Origin: Octopus sinensis
Lineage: Eukaryota
Length of the DNA stretch: 64,000 bases
Assembly: GCF_006345805.1 (NCBI RefSeq)
Contig: NC_042999.1
Span: 40,734,001-40,798,000 of the forward strand
Direction of reading: 5' to 3'
The stretch's first letter is position 1. Every line of letters starts with the position of its first letter. Under the pieces are notes generated by a model. That model had not been told where the DNA came from and did no database searches. It was given only the letters and a program-made list of their open reading frames with translations. Both the position numbers and the translations under genes were made by a program. Positions 35,084-49,039 of the stretch are shown here, piece by piece.

Positions 35084-38000
35084 ACTTCCAATCTAAAATA
35101 TCAATATTTTAAAATATAAAAATAATAATTTTAAAATAATTAAAGTATGAATGAAAAATATAACTATATAATCCATATATACCTATATATAATCCATATA
35201 TAATCAATATATAAACAATATATAAACTAAAATAAACCTATCAACAATTAAATATAAAATATAAAATATAAAATATAAAATATAAAATATAAAACAAAAC
35301 AAAAAAATATATAATAATAATAATAAACTATATATACACCCATACACATATACCTAATTATATATAACCATATCTAACTACATACACTAAATCACACACC
35401 TATATATATATCCCTATACATACACATAAAAACGTCTAGGCAACTATAAATAAATAAAATAGCTAAATACTTCAACACAATACTTATTCATACTCCCACA
35501 CACACACACATACAACCCACATTCACGCACTAGAAAACGGACATCACTTAAAATTATGAACGGAGAAATGGAATAAATGGAATTAAAAATTATATTCACT
35601 TGGTAAAACGAACACTACTTAAAAATTATGAATGAAACAATGCAATAAAACAACAGACATCGCAAATAGACACAAATTACTACGAATTCCTTAACAAACC
35701 TACCATGATAAACCAAAACTCATAAAAACATATAATGATAAAATCTCCCTTTACTAACTCTATAACTACCTATATAGCAATCCCCCTAACCTAAACATTC
35801 ACACACAAATACACACACGTAAACCACACACCCACGACATATACAAATACCCACACCACTTACACATACCTATACATACATATAAACCTCAACATATACT
35901 CCAAAAACCCACTCAACCCCACACAGACAAATAAACACAAAAATTATGAATGGATTCTTTTATAAAACTACCATGATAAGCTAAAACTCACAAAACATAA
36001 ATGATAAAACCTCCCTTTACTAAACACTATAACATACTTATATAGCAATCCCTTTAACCTATACATTCACACACAAATACACACACGTAAACCACACACC
36101 CATAACAAATACAAACACCCACCCCACTCACACACACCCACAAATTCCCTAAAAAAAACCATGATAAACCAAAACTCTTAAAAACATATAACGATAAAAT
36201 CTCCCTTTGCTAAACTCTATAACAAACCTATATAGCAATCCCCCTAACCTAAACATTCACACACAAAAAACACACACGTAAACCACAGACCCACGACTTA
36301 TACACATACCTATACTAACTTATAAACCTCAATATACACCAAAAACCCACTCCCTCCCCACACAGACAAATTAACACATACATCCCAAAACCTAAATAAC
36401 AATCCCATATACACATTCACACACAAACACACACACACGCAAAACACCACACACACAACAGATACATATACTCCCTCACATATACGCATATACATACTCA
36501 CTAAACTCGATATATACAACAATATTTACACACCCACACTCATACAGATAAATAAATTATACAACTAAAAACTCACACACAATCTCATATACATAAACAC
36601 TCCAATAAAAATTATATATTTATATTTTTTCATTCATACTTTAATTATTTTAAAATTATTATGAGAGTTCCAGACAGGCGATGGTAATAAGGGATTTTTT
36701 CTGTATAAGGGAGGTAATCATAACTGTTGAGAATGACTAGGTTTTATTAAACATGATTTAATTTAGAAAGGATAGAATGTTACAAGTAGTTAGGTTTTGC
36801 TTTATATTTTTTCAATGAGGTAAGTTCCTTTATTTAAAAATGCTAGAAATGGTTAAGTTTTGGTTTATGTTTTTCAATGAAGTACTTTTCCTTATTTATT
36901 CTAACTTGTGTTGGAGTATCAATTATTTAATTCATGCCACCCAAGACACACCGAAACAAACATCAATCTCAACCTTGCTAGAAGGATGTACACAATAGTG
37001 TCAGAAAAAATACCAGAGACATTAAATACATCGTAATTAACCAGAATATCAAAAATAACAATATGACATAAGGAGAAATAAAATACATACTTACAAGTCA
37101 GTTTCAAATTATGAAGTGAAATTAAATTCTTAGCCGTTAAAAAAATCAAACCAAAATTACGTTACCATAGAAATATAACTTATGTAAAAAAAAGGATACG
37201 CGCCATGGAAAGTAAACGTCATTTAAAATTATGAATGGAGAAATAGAATAAATGGAACTAAAAACTATATCCACGTGGCAAACCAACACTACTTAAAAAA
37301 AATTTATTATGAATGGATTCTTTAATAAAACTACCATAATAAATTATTATATACAATTATGAGCTTTAGCTCATCTTAGCAGCTCTAACAAACAACTTAC
37401 ATAAGTTATATTTCTATGGTAACGTAATTTTGGTTTGATTTTTTTAACGGCTAAGAATTTAATTTCACTTCATAATTTGAAACTGACTTGTAAGTATGTA
37501 TTTTATTTCTCCTTATGTCATATTGTTATTTTTGATATTCTGGTTAATTACGATGTATTTAATGTTGTTTTTATTGGAGTGTTTATGTATATGAGATTGT
37601 GTTGTGAGTTTTTAGTTGTATAATTTATTTATCTGTATGAGTGTGGGTGTGTAAATATTGTTGTATATATCGAGTTTAGTGAGTATGTATATGCGTATAT
37701 GTGAGGGAGTATATGTATCTGTTGTGTGTGTGTGTGTTTTGCGTGTGTGGTGTTTGTGTGTGAATGTGTATATGGGATTGTTATTTAGGTTTTGGGATGT
37801 ATGTGTTAATTGTCTGTGTGGGGAGGGAGTGGGTTTTTGGTTGTATATTGAGGTTTATAAGTTAGTATAGGTATGTGTATAAGTCGTGGGTCTGTGGTTT
37901 ACGTGTGTGTTTGTGTGTGAATGTTTAGGTTAGGGGGATTGCTATATAGGTTTGTTATAGAGTTTAGCAAAGGGAGATTTTATCGTTATATGTTTTTAAG

Positions 38001-39326
38001 AGTTTTGGTTTATCATGGTTTTTTTTAGGGAATTCGTGGTAATTTGTCTATTTTCGATGTTGGTTGTTTTATTACATTGTTTCATTCATAATTTTTGAGT
38101 GGTGTTCGTTTTGCCACGTGAATATTATTTTTAATTCCATTTATTCCATTTCTCCATTCATTATTTTAAAAGATGTTCGTTTCCAGAGCGGTTATACTTT
38201 TTATACATATGTTAAGTTCCTTGGTAAAGTAATTTTGTTGGTGTATATGTTGAGGCGTATATGTACTTGTGGGTGTGTGTGAGTGGGGTGGGTGTTTGTA
38301 TTTGTTATGGGTGTGTGGTTTACGTGTGTGTATTTGTGTGTGAATGTATAGGTTAAAGGGATTGCTATATAAGTATGTTAGAGTGTTTAGTAAAGGGAGG
38401 TTTTATCATTTATGTTTTGTGAGTTTTAGCTTATCATGGTAGTTTTATAAAAGAATCCATTCATAATTTTTGTGTTTATTTGTCTGTGTGGGGTTTGAGT
38501 GGGTTTTTGGAGTATATGTTGAGGTTTATATGTATGTATAGGTATGTGTAAGTGGTGTGTGTATTTGTATATGTCGTGGGTGTGTGGTTACGTGTGTGTA
38601 TTGTGTGTGAATGTTTAGGTTAGGGGGATTGCTATATAGGTATGTTATAGAGTTTAGTAAAGGGAGATTTTATCATTATATGTTTTTATGAGTTTTGGTT
38701 TATCATGGTAGGTTTGTTAAGGAATTCGTAGTAATTGTGTCTATTTGCGATGTCTGTTGTTTTATTGCATTGTTTCATTCATAATTTTTAAGTAGTGTTC
38801 GTTTTACCAAGTGAATATAATTTTAATTCCATTTATTCCATTTCTCCGTTCATAATTTTAAGTGATGTCCGTTTTCTAGTGCGTGAATGTGGGTTGTATG
38901 TGTGTGTGTGTGGGAGTATGAATAAGTATTGTGTTGAAGTATTTAGCTATTTTATTTATTTATAGTTGCCTAGACGTTTTTATGTGTATGTATAGGGATA
39001 TATATATAGGTGTGTGATTAGTGTATGTAGTTAGATATGGTTATATATAATTAGGTATATGTGTATGGGTGTATATATAGTTTATTATTATATTATTATT
39101 ATTTTTTTGTTTGTTTTATATTTTATATTTTATATTTTATATTTTATATTTTATATTTAATTGTTGATAGGTTTATTTTAGTTTATATATTGTTTATATA
39201 TTGATTATATATGGATTATATATAGGTTATATATGGATTATATATTTATATTTTTTCATTCATACTTTAATTATTTTAAAATTATTATTTTTATATTTTA
39301 AAATATTGATATTTTAGATTGGAAGT

Positions 39327-39369
39327 CCACCTGAAGATTGTCGATCAAGACAAGAAACAATTGTAGTGG
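39327..39369 (+). ncRNA. Minimal type I hammerhead ribozyme, canonical
   Basis: CCAC-CUGAAGA-UUGUC GAUCAA GACAA-GAAA-CAAUUG-UA-GUGG; palindrome ACAAUUGU, GUA site. Confidence 0.85.
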
Positions 39370-39485
39370 CGGTTTTTTGACTATTTATTAAAATTTTATG
39401 TATTGATTAAGTCTTTCCTTGTGTGTTTTGCAAAATAGTGGTTTTGTCTCTATATATTTTTTATATATATATAATATTATATATA

Positions 39486-39526
<41 letters not shown>

Positions 39527-39952
39527 TGTGTGGTGTGTGTGTGTTTGTGTGGGAGGGTAACTGGTTGGATGTATAAAATACAAAATAGAAAGTACAGAAG
39601 ACGTGTTATACAATTAAAGAATATATTCAAATCGTTATGTTAGAAAAATGTTAGAAAATTTGGCGTATAGTAACATTGTTTTGGGGAAAAATACCGGTTT
39701 CGTATTTTCTTTTCAAATTTCTCAAATTTCCGTATCGATTTTACGTCATCTCTTCGCTATGACGTGAAGTATGAGAGTTCCAGACAGGCGATGGTAATAA
39801 GGGATTTTTTCTGTATAAGGGAGGTAATCATAACTGTTGAGAATGACTAGGTTTTATTAAACATGATTTAATTTAGAAAGGATAGAATGTTACAAGTAGT
39901 TAGGTTTTGCTTTATATTTTTTCAATGAGGTAAGTTCCTTTATTTAAAAATG

Positions 39953-40026
39953 CTAGAAATGGTTAAGTTTTGGTTTATGTTTTTCAATGAAGTACTTTTC
40001 CTTATTTATTCTAACTTGTGTTGGAG
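39953..40026 (-). pseudogene. Penelope GIY-YIG endonuclease C-terminal fragment (duplicated at ~36843-36916)
   Basis: TPTQVRINKEKYFIEKHKPKLNHF* fits the R..KE..FI.K.KP.LN ending of Penelope ORFs. Confidence 0.7.
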
Positions 40027-40590
40027 TATCAATTATTTAATTCATGCCACCCAAGACACACCGAAACAAACATCAATCTCAACCTTGCTAGAAGGATGTA
40101 CACAATAGTGTCAGAAAAAATACCAGAGACTTTTGCCTGCAGGAACTCAAAAACACCCTGATCGACAGATACTACCCAGTTCAACTCATAGAGGATGGAA
40201 TTAGACGTGCAACACAAATCGACATCGATACCTTAAGAAAAGTTCAATACAGCAACACACCTTCCCCGAAAATACTGCCATACATACCCACATACGACCC
40301 CAGAAACAATGAAGCCTTCACCATCATCACCCAAAATTTACCAATGCTACATAAGGACCCCAAATTAAAGGAAATTTTACACACACACAAGATCATTAAA
40401 AGCCACAAACAACCGAAATCACTAAAAAATGATCCTCACAAAGGCAAAATTATTTTCTAAAATTACGGACACAAAAGTAAAAAAAGACGTGATCGACCAA
40501 ATTGCCCAACATACCCAAACCTTCTAGAACGGTCAGCGTTCCTTTTCAAAGAGAGACAAAAACTCGTAGTAATATTCAACTGCCACTTTG
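40027..40590 (+). pseudogene. Penelope RT thumb/linker fragment
   Basis: YQLFNSCHPRHT..NLARRMYTIVSE..LQELKNTL..YYPVQLIEDGIRRA..LPYIPTYDPRN..DPKLKEIL..SHKQPKSLK..DRPNCPT; frameshifted. Confidence 0.88.
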
Positions 40591-40870
40591 ATGTGGCGAC
40601 TGGCATCGTGTGCAGTACTCTGAAACACACACAAATGCAGACAAACGTGGATATATATATATATATACAGCGGGATTCTTTCAGTTTTCTTTTACTATAT
40701 CCAGTCTCAAGAATTTGGGCGGCCCACGGTTTAAGTAAAAGACAGTCGCCAAAATGCCACACAAAAGGACTGAACCCAGAATCATTTGACTAGAAACCAA
40801 ACTTCATACTACATAGCCACACTAACATACATGTTTTTATGTGTGTGTGTGTAGTAGTAGTAGTAGTAGT

Positions 40871-40910
<40 letters not shown>

Positions 40911-41346
40911 TTTATAAGAAAATATGGTATGACAGAAAAATATCTCTTCTATAAATTTTTACGAAGTGATACAGTTCATGATACATATTTATAATGGCTG
41001 TTATAGATATGTCATGACCGCGAGTATTAGATGTCAGTACTGCAATATCGTGTCCAAGAAACATTTTCCTATGTGCTCTCTGTCATTGTCATGTCAGATG
41101 TCTGTATTCTTCTGCAGACGACTTTCTAGTTTAACTTGAAGCAGAGCACTTAATTCACTTAACTCTTCTTGTGTCTGGTTGGCATTTATGTCTTTGTTAT
41201 CAATTTCTACATTTTGAACAACTCATCTTATTGAATACTTTGTTGTGATGGTTCGTTATAATAAACACTCGCGTGGTGTCGGAGCTGTAGAAAGAGCAGA
41301 GTATTGCACAGGAAATATTTGGATACAGTATTTTATCTCGTAGTAA

Positions 41347-41574
41347 GGTGGCGAGCTGACAGAATCGTCAGCACGGCCCGGCAAAATGCTTCGCGGCATT
41401 TCATTATTTTCTTCTTGTGTTCAAATTCCAACGCAGTCGACTTTGCCTTTCATCCTTTCGGGATCGATAAATTAAGTACCAGTTACGCACTGGGGTCGAT
41501 GTAATCGACTTAATCCCTTTGTCTGTCCTTGTATCTCTCCTCTATGTTTAGCCCCTTGTGGGTAATAAAGAAAC
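41347..41574 (+). mobile_element. SINE family A, full length, tail type 1
   Basis: Head GGTGGCGAGCTGACAGA..GTTCAAATTCC, core, tail ending GTAATAAAGAAAC. Confidence 0.88.
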
Positions 41575-41989
41575 AGATATAACGGTATCAGATGATCAAT
41601 GGGGTCCATGTATTCATTTTATCCTCTCCACTGAACTTGCTGGCCTTGTACCAAAATTTGTGACCAATGTTTTGTCTTGTCTCGCTGAGATTTGAGTTCA
41701 TACCCTGTGGAAAACGGGATTGCTTTTCACTCCTCCCAATGGTCAACCGACTAGCAATTGCTGTTATGTGATGTGTTAGATACTCCACACACCTTTCATA
41801 AACTATTTGGTTAAGTCCATCTTTCGTTACTTCTGGTCTTGTTCTGACTACAATTCCGACCGAGAAACAATTTGTTTCTGAAACCGTAGGAAGGTCGGAT
41901 AAGATGCCATGTGTCCCTTCTTTCGACATTTAACGTTCCGATTTCAAACCCTGCTGTTTCAACTTAGCCTTTCCTCCTTACAGAATCTT

Positions 41990-44100
41990 TAAAATAAGTA
42001 CTAGCCGAGTATCGGAGACGATATAATCGGCTGGCTTTCCCTGCAGGGTGGCAATACATATATCAATTGCAATATATTTCAACATGAGACAGTAGTTTGC
42101 GTGTTGTGTTAGGTTCACCAAATAACACAGGAATAATTGTCACCATTGTCTCACAATCTGTCCATCCCTCTGGCTACGTCCTGATATTTTTCGGGTGAAA
42201 GTCAGTTCTACAACAGGAAAGAAATTTTTCAAGGTAACACTCTCCCTCCATGTCCCAAATTTGTCGATTTTCCTGTTGTACGTTTATTTCTTCGGGACCA
42301 GTATTTTTTTACAGTTCCTTTTTCATTTCCATTATTATCTTCTCTTGTTCTATTTTCTTTAATCACGTTTCGGCCTTAGTTCTTTAATCCAATCAGCCCG
42401 TCTTTGATCACTCACATCTTTCAGTTTTTAATATTATTTTCAGAATTCTAATAACTTTTTCTTATAGTCTCGTTTCTCTGGTTTGCTCCAAATCTAACAG
42501 TCGAACAATAATTTGCTGTTCTCCTCCGTCCATTTTAATCTCCTTTGCTGTTGAGGTTCAGTAGTAGTTTGACAAGGACCGAGCCAGCGCTACTCTTCTA
42601 CAGGATATCTGCCAGATGTTACATCTTTGCTAAAAGCCTCAGCTTCGATAATACTGCTAATAATGCTGAAGCGTCATCCCCTAATGTAGTAACCATGTAA
42701 GTATGAACGTCCTTGTAGCTACACCCTATTTCTGCAGGTTCTTGATAAGGCGACGATTCCAAACGTTGTCCTTTTTCAAGATAAGTCGCTACTAGTTACT
42801 TTTGACGTCTTCTTTCGATACTCAGATATCAGTTTACCTGGAAAGAAACACTGTAGTTATTAATAAAAAGGGTTGAAATTAATCCATGCAATATTTCACA
42901 ACTCTTCCGCCACTCCTTCCTAGTCAGCCTATGAACCTTTCAGCCCACCTTCGAACGTATTGATGTTAAATTAGGTGTCGTGTTAAGTACTGGTGCTCCA
43001 TAACAGTATGAAATCCATTAGCAATGACATCTTTGTGAAAGTGTGTTGGCATATCCCCCAAAATAGTTGCCTGCCTTACACCGATATCCTTTACTGCATA
43101 TATCAATATCATCATGCTACCTTTAAAATTATATAAGGCTAACATAATTTATACTTTATCAAAACACTAGCAGTATCGCCCGGCGTTGCTCGGATTTCTT
43201 TTCGACCCTTTAGAATTGAAATTCCTGAAAAGTAAACATTTTGCATTATGTAGCTTGTTATTCTCTTTAAGTGAACATTTTTCTGGTTGAAATACACCGA
43301 AAAATGGCGACACAGTAGTCAAAAAGTCGTAAAAAAATGGAGATTTTCATAGAAAAAAACACCTTTTTGATGTAAATAACTTTGGGTGTTAACATGGTCC
43401 GATTTGAACTATTTCTTCAACGGAAGGAAGAGCAAGCCGTCTTCTATCATACTTTTAATTTTGGTCAACTTGAGCCGCAGGGTCTCAGAGGAGATAGTGT
43501 TAGTTGAAGGCTACCAAACCTGCCATACACAGGCAACTTCAGCTTAATATAGAGAGAGAGATTAATCTCTCATCCCATTGGATACAGTATTTATAGATTC
43601 AGATTGGGCGGCTATTTACAAAGTATTTAAGTGTTTCTTCTTAATATCAATATTTTCTATACTTTTCGTAATTTCAAGTAGGAAGTCTTTGATCTAGTAT
43701 CGAAATGAAGAACCCTGCAGTACTGGCTTTGAGCCCTGCACTTCTCCGCCAGTGCTGCGTTTTTTTCCCTTTTAGTTGTTTCAGGCATTATATACAAATG
43801 CAACAGTTTGTTTATTTTTTTCTTTGCCTCGTTATTCTTTTAACAAAGCTTCTGTTTTAGCTTAGTTCTTCACGGCGTCCGACGTTTTCCATTTCTCATC
43901 TCAACTGTCAACTTTCCTTTTTATATTTATCGCCTTCGTTGAAGAGAGAATACAGTTTTTTCTCGTTTGTTTGTTTATGTATTATAGATATTTGTTTTAC
44001 TTTTTCCATTGTTTTTGATGCTACTGTTGTCCTTTGGGGCATATTCTATAATAGTTTTCTACTTGTAGAAGGCTCCTGGTCCCCTTTTTGTGATATATAA

Positions 44101-44149
<49 letters not shown>

Positions 44150-46900
44150 GTATCTGTGTATACCTATATACATACACACACACACATATATATATATATA
44201 TTATATATATATATATATATATATGTATCTGTGTATACCTATATATATATATATATATGTACCTATTTGTAAACGCCTATATTATTTTTTTCTTGTTTGT
44301 TTATGTCTAGTCTTGCTAATTCATTTAGCGTCTCGTTCAGAATATTGTAACTATTATCATATATTACAGGAGCATCCGGAGTATAGATGTATTGTATATT
44401 ATTTCATTTTTCAATTTTGCGTTTAGCTCTATTTTAAGTAGTAAACTAATGTATTTATATCATTCCTTTCTAGCCTTTTCTTTCGTTTGCGTGTTGTACT
44501 AACTTTAGGGCATTAATTGTAAAGTAAATTTAAATCCATATTTTGTCTAATCCATTTATGCCTGTTTCTTTACCTAGCATGGAATTCAACGTTGCCTTGC
44601 GGTGTTTTGCCTAATCCGATTCTCATATCAGTTCCTGTTGTAGTCTGTAGCAGTGTTTTCAAATCATATATATTATTTCATTTTTCAATTTTGCGTTTAG
44701 CTCTATTTTAAGTAGTAAACTAATGTTTTCAAATCATATGCAGCTTAAAACTTAGAGTCATCTGCACAGTGCTTCTATAACATTTGTATCGAATACAGTC
44801 TGGTTTCCCATAAAGTTCTGAACGTCAAACGGAAAAAGACTGACGCGAGACATTCCCCCCTGCAATTCTTATCATTGAGTTGAGCTTATATTTTCTTTTT
44901 CTTTCTTTTTTTTTTTTGGCTTCTAAGCTCTCTTTTTTTCTTTCTTTAAATTCCGTCTTTCATTTGCAATTGCAAAATTCTTTCCCATTTAGTCGCTATA
45001 CTTCTTGTTCCTCTAAAAGTGAAACGTTTACAGATATATTTATATTTTCTATGTCAGCGGTCTCACACCTCTTTTGAACCACGAACCGGTTTCATTCAAG
45101 AAAATATTTCCACCACAGACTAGGGGGGAGGGTGTCACGTGCACAGGAAAATACAATAAAGTACATAATACAGTTTAATTAGTACATTACAATATACTAT
45201 GTTTTGCATATATAATACGTACACAAGGCAAAAACACCCAGCTCACTGCGATAATCAAGATAATAGGAATAAACTTTTATGATTTATTCTTTGTATGTGC
45301 TACAATATCAAGAGATCAAACTGGTCTGAAACACAATAATTTGGGATTCCTGATTTATGTTTCTGTTGAAGTTAAGTTTACATTTAGCTGTAGACAGTCG
45401 GTTATGGATCTGTAGTAAGTCTGTAGATACTTTAGTCATGTAGATTAAGGTAGATTTTTCTACGTGTAGGCCTGTCAGGTGAGGGAAAGCAGTGATCTGG
45501 TAGTTCCAGTAGGAGATAGCAAACTATTATCTCCTGCTTGCCGTATAAACGCAAGTGCTTATATGCACCACAAGTTCAAATGAGAGGTTCTCTCTTGATA
45601 AATAACGCAGTATTCTGTGGTCTTACACAGCTTCCGCTTTTAAGTGGGGAACAAACATTTTCTTTTGCTATTTATACTGCTTCTGTCGCAATTAATTGTT
45701 TGCGATACCAGCGCCTGATTAAGCACTGAGATTTTAATGTATATCGCTGACGAAGGAATCGCTGCTATCTCTAGCTTCGGGAGGCTACCATCGGCAAGGC
45801 CAGAGGAGGCCGAAATCAGGAGGTCCGGTAGTCCCGGCAGCGATACACACACAAGTAGTTATATGCACCACAAGCCCATGTGAGAGGGTCTCTCATGGAA
45901 AATAGCGTAGCATTCTGTGTTCTAGCATAGCATCCACCTTTAAGTAGATGAGCCATTGTTATATATATTTCCACCGCAAATTTGAGATTTTATTTGTTTG
46001 TGTATTCCTCTTGTTCGTTTTGTGTAGCCATTAGATAGTTCGTCGAGTTGTTATGGCTTCCAAGAATTGTGCTGATGTTACTTTCGTTGTTGAGAACAAG
46101 CGCGTCCGTATGGATTCCTTCTCTTTCCAAAGATCTTCCTATGATACTACTTTTCATGTTGTTGGTGCTGCATTTAGTTTAATTTTACCAAGTTCTTAAT
46201 GAAATTGTCTTACGGTGCAGTTGTACTGTGTTTTGTTCAACGAGCCGGCTCTAGCTTTCTTCATAACTACGAATATTTTACGATATAGACCACTTACTTT
46301 ATTACAGGTATTCGTTTATTTCAGTTACACTTATCTCTCTGTAGTATTTATCACTCTTTTGTGTGCGTATATCTTTCCCTTGTTGATATCATTAAAGATT
46401 GAGATATATTTTTTCCATTTTCTTTCTTCTCCCAAGAACTCAATGTTTGTTTTCCATTTCTTCGCTTGCGCTTTGATATTCTTACATAAATACATGTGAA
46501 TAGTACCAATTCCTTTTTTAAACTACTGATGTAACTACATATGTTATTGACTTTATCCTAGTGATATTCATCTTTGTAGTTGTTTTAATTTAATCCGCGA
46601 TGGCTAAGCTTGCTTTTTTGTCTTTTGGAGTTTTTCTTTTTTTTTTTTTGGTTCATCGTTAAGTTTTTTTTATTGGAAGGCACCATCTTAGTCAATAAGA
46701 TCTATTAATTTTATTTTTTAAACTATTTTTAGAATTTTCTTAATACTTTCCACATACATTTTTCCTTATATATTTCTTTGCAGTGTTCTGGTACGCTTTT
46801 CTGTTGGCCTGCATTGTCTAGGTTTTCTGTGACTTTCTTTGGTTTTCGTTATTTACATTTACATCTAACTTGCTGAAGTGTTCGTTATTTTTTTGTCTAG
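41990..46900 (-). mobile_element. Heavily degraded R4/Dong-clade (RLE) non-LTR retrotransposon pieces, interrupted
   Basis: Scattered minus-strand remnants: HCADDSKF (about 44760), LKLVQH (about 44500), GLKASTAGFFISILDQRLPT.NY (about 43690), ILGICQH (about 43060), IWSKPE..ADWIKELR (about 42400), TIIPVLFG (about 42140). Boundaries uncertain. Confidence 0.5.
43166..43562 (+). mobile_element. Probable non-autonomous Helitron-type element
   Basis: Starts ACTAGCAGTATCGCCCGGCGTTGCTCGG and ends CTTCAGCTTAATATAGAGAGAGAGAT, resembling Lep1-like non-autonomous Helitron ends; interrupts the Dong remnant. Confidence 0.5.
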
Positions 46901-49039
46901 TTTTAAGTTAATTTGTTGATATCTTCGTTTATTAAAATCAAGTTTATTTTCGCTCACATTTTTTTACGGAAATAGCGTTCAGCTTTGAGAGAAAATGTAG
47001 TTACAAAATATGCATATTGTATGGAAAACAGATTCTATTCTATTTGTGAGAAAAAGGAGAAAATTTGAGGAGAAATTTGTAACCCTTGATTTACATGGTA
47101 GTCGTTTTCGTTTGCATGCAGTGTTCAATCCCATATTAAAATCATCAATCAAACAGGGATTAATTAACTAATTGTTTAAGAATACGTGTATATATTTGAT
47201 AACCATTTTAATAATAACAAATTTAATGCAGGCAGCATTAAATGATAACTTTAACTAATTATATGGTGGTGAGGAAAATATTCTTAATCAATAATTAATG
47301 TCATTTTAATGATTTCGACAAGTACAAGAAAAATCTCCATACGGCTTTCCTTCTACTGATAATCTTGACAACTTAATATAGACATCTGTGTGATTGCAAA
47401 AACAGTGATAAAAGTATCATTGAGTAAATATACAAGAAAATATACATGTGTTGTCTTAGAAACGATAGAATTTCTCAGAATATAGCAATAATTTTGGTAG
47501 CATTAAATGGTTAACGAGAAATAATAAGGAATGTGTTTAATCCTGCATTAAATCTGCTAACAATAATTTCAGTATTTTTTAGTGGAATTACATCGTTGAA
47601 TTGTTTTTAATAATTCTATTTTTCTTGTGCATCTATGAAAGAATTCTCCTATCCTCCAAGTGGCTACAAAAGGAAAGGTATACTTTACTGATAAATCACA
47701 ATAAAGCAGAAACATATCTGAATTTGTCTCCCGCATTTACTGAAATATCAAAAGAATTAGACATTGAGTCTAATTATTTCTCAGTTAGTTTTATAATGAA
47801 ATCTGTATAAAATATTTTTACACATACTTTAAAAATATTTGCATGCGGAAAGCATCTTTGAGTTATATTTTTATAAGAAAATTTGTGTTTAACACATATC
47901 TTGTATTGCATCGAAGATGGCCTTTTCAGTGTTAAACTGGGGCGTTGAATTAATGTCTACCGTCTGAAACAGGATTTGTCCCTCTCATAAGTTTTTAAAC
48001 AATTTCCACCCAAATTTCTCTTAGCAGTAGGATTGAAACCGGAACACTTATCAAACTGCTTAACGATGCAGTCATGTGGATCAAACTTCTTAACGATACA
48101 GTCATGTCTGCGTTCATACATGGTGAATTTAAAAGCAGAAACAATTTAACGTGTAGCGATAAAAAAATCGTGAAAAGTATTTATCTGGCGAGGCCCACAT
48201 AAAAAATATTGTAAATTAAATATGTTTGACAGTCTGAAATGATTTAGGTAATCAGATGACAAAACAACGCTCTGAGTGGGGGTTGCTTAAAATCTACAAA
48301 AGAAAAAAGCAGGGGAGATAACTACAATAAGATCAGTTGATTGAAAGTTTGGATAATATATTGAGATAGAGGGGATCTAGTAAACGTTTCCAAATCAAAC
48401 TAATGAAGATACTTACATATTTTACAGTTAGCATTTTTATCGCAGTAGGCACAGTATAGATAAATGAAGGCGCCTTCATATCGGATGGTTAAGAAGTTCG
48501 TTTCGCAACCAAGAAGTTCTGAGTTCAATCCCACTACGTGGCATCTTGGGCAAATGTCAAATATTTTCAATAGCCCCAGGTAGACTTAAGGTAGATAGAA
48601 ACGGAATAGAAGCCCAGCCCTTTGCATAGATTGTATTTGTAATTTAAAAGATACAGACACACACACACTGTCACACTGATTCTCTTTGAGAATTGCGGTA
48701 ATGGTACACGTGTCTGTGGAATACTCAGTCAGTTCAACCTTAATTGATGAGCAGTAATTCAGTTCATCAAACAACTGAGACCTCACCGTCGAACGGTAGA
48801 GATCCACCACCCACCATAATAATTGACGTAGACTGTGTGTTCCTTTGTGTTGGGCGTCCAAATACTGAATACATCACCTTTCATCTTTCTGAAGTCACTC
48901 AAAAAGGTAACATTGAAAAAAATAAGTGAATTCCATCAATGGAACCTTCCATTCAAGTTTGTGTTCTCGTAAAAATTACCGAAAATATCATTAGTACTAC
49001 CGTAAGAGCGATGGATTTGCAAAATCATTTGAGTCGAAA

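Larger units (their letters stand above)
34862..40590. mobile_element. Rearranged Penelope-like element locus with a ~4.5 kb near-palindrome
   Basis: Arms 34955-36610 / 37568-39450 and 37020-37188 / 37397-37564, hammerheads in both outer arms, Penelope RT-linker and GIY-YIG C-terminal fragments. Confidence 0.88.

Noticed and set aside
39685-39770. GAAACCGGTA (minus strand) and GAAACCGGTT near 45085 as further hammerheads
   Set aside because: A palindromic helix III is present but there is no matching core or helix I.
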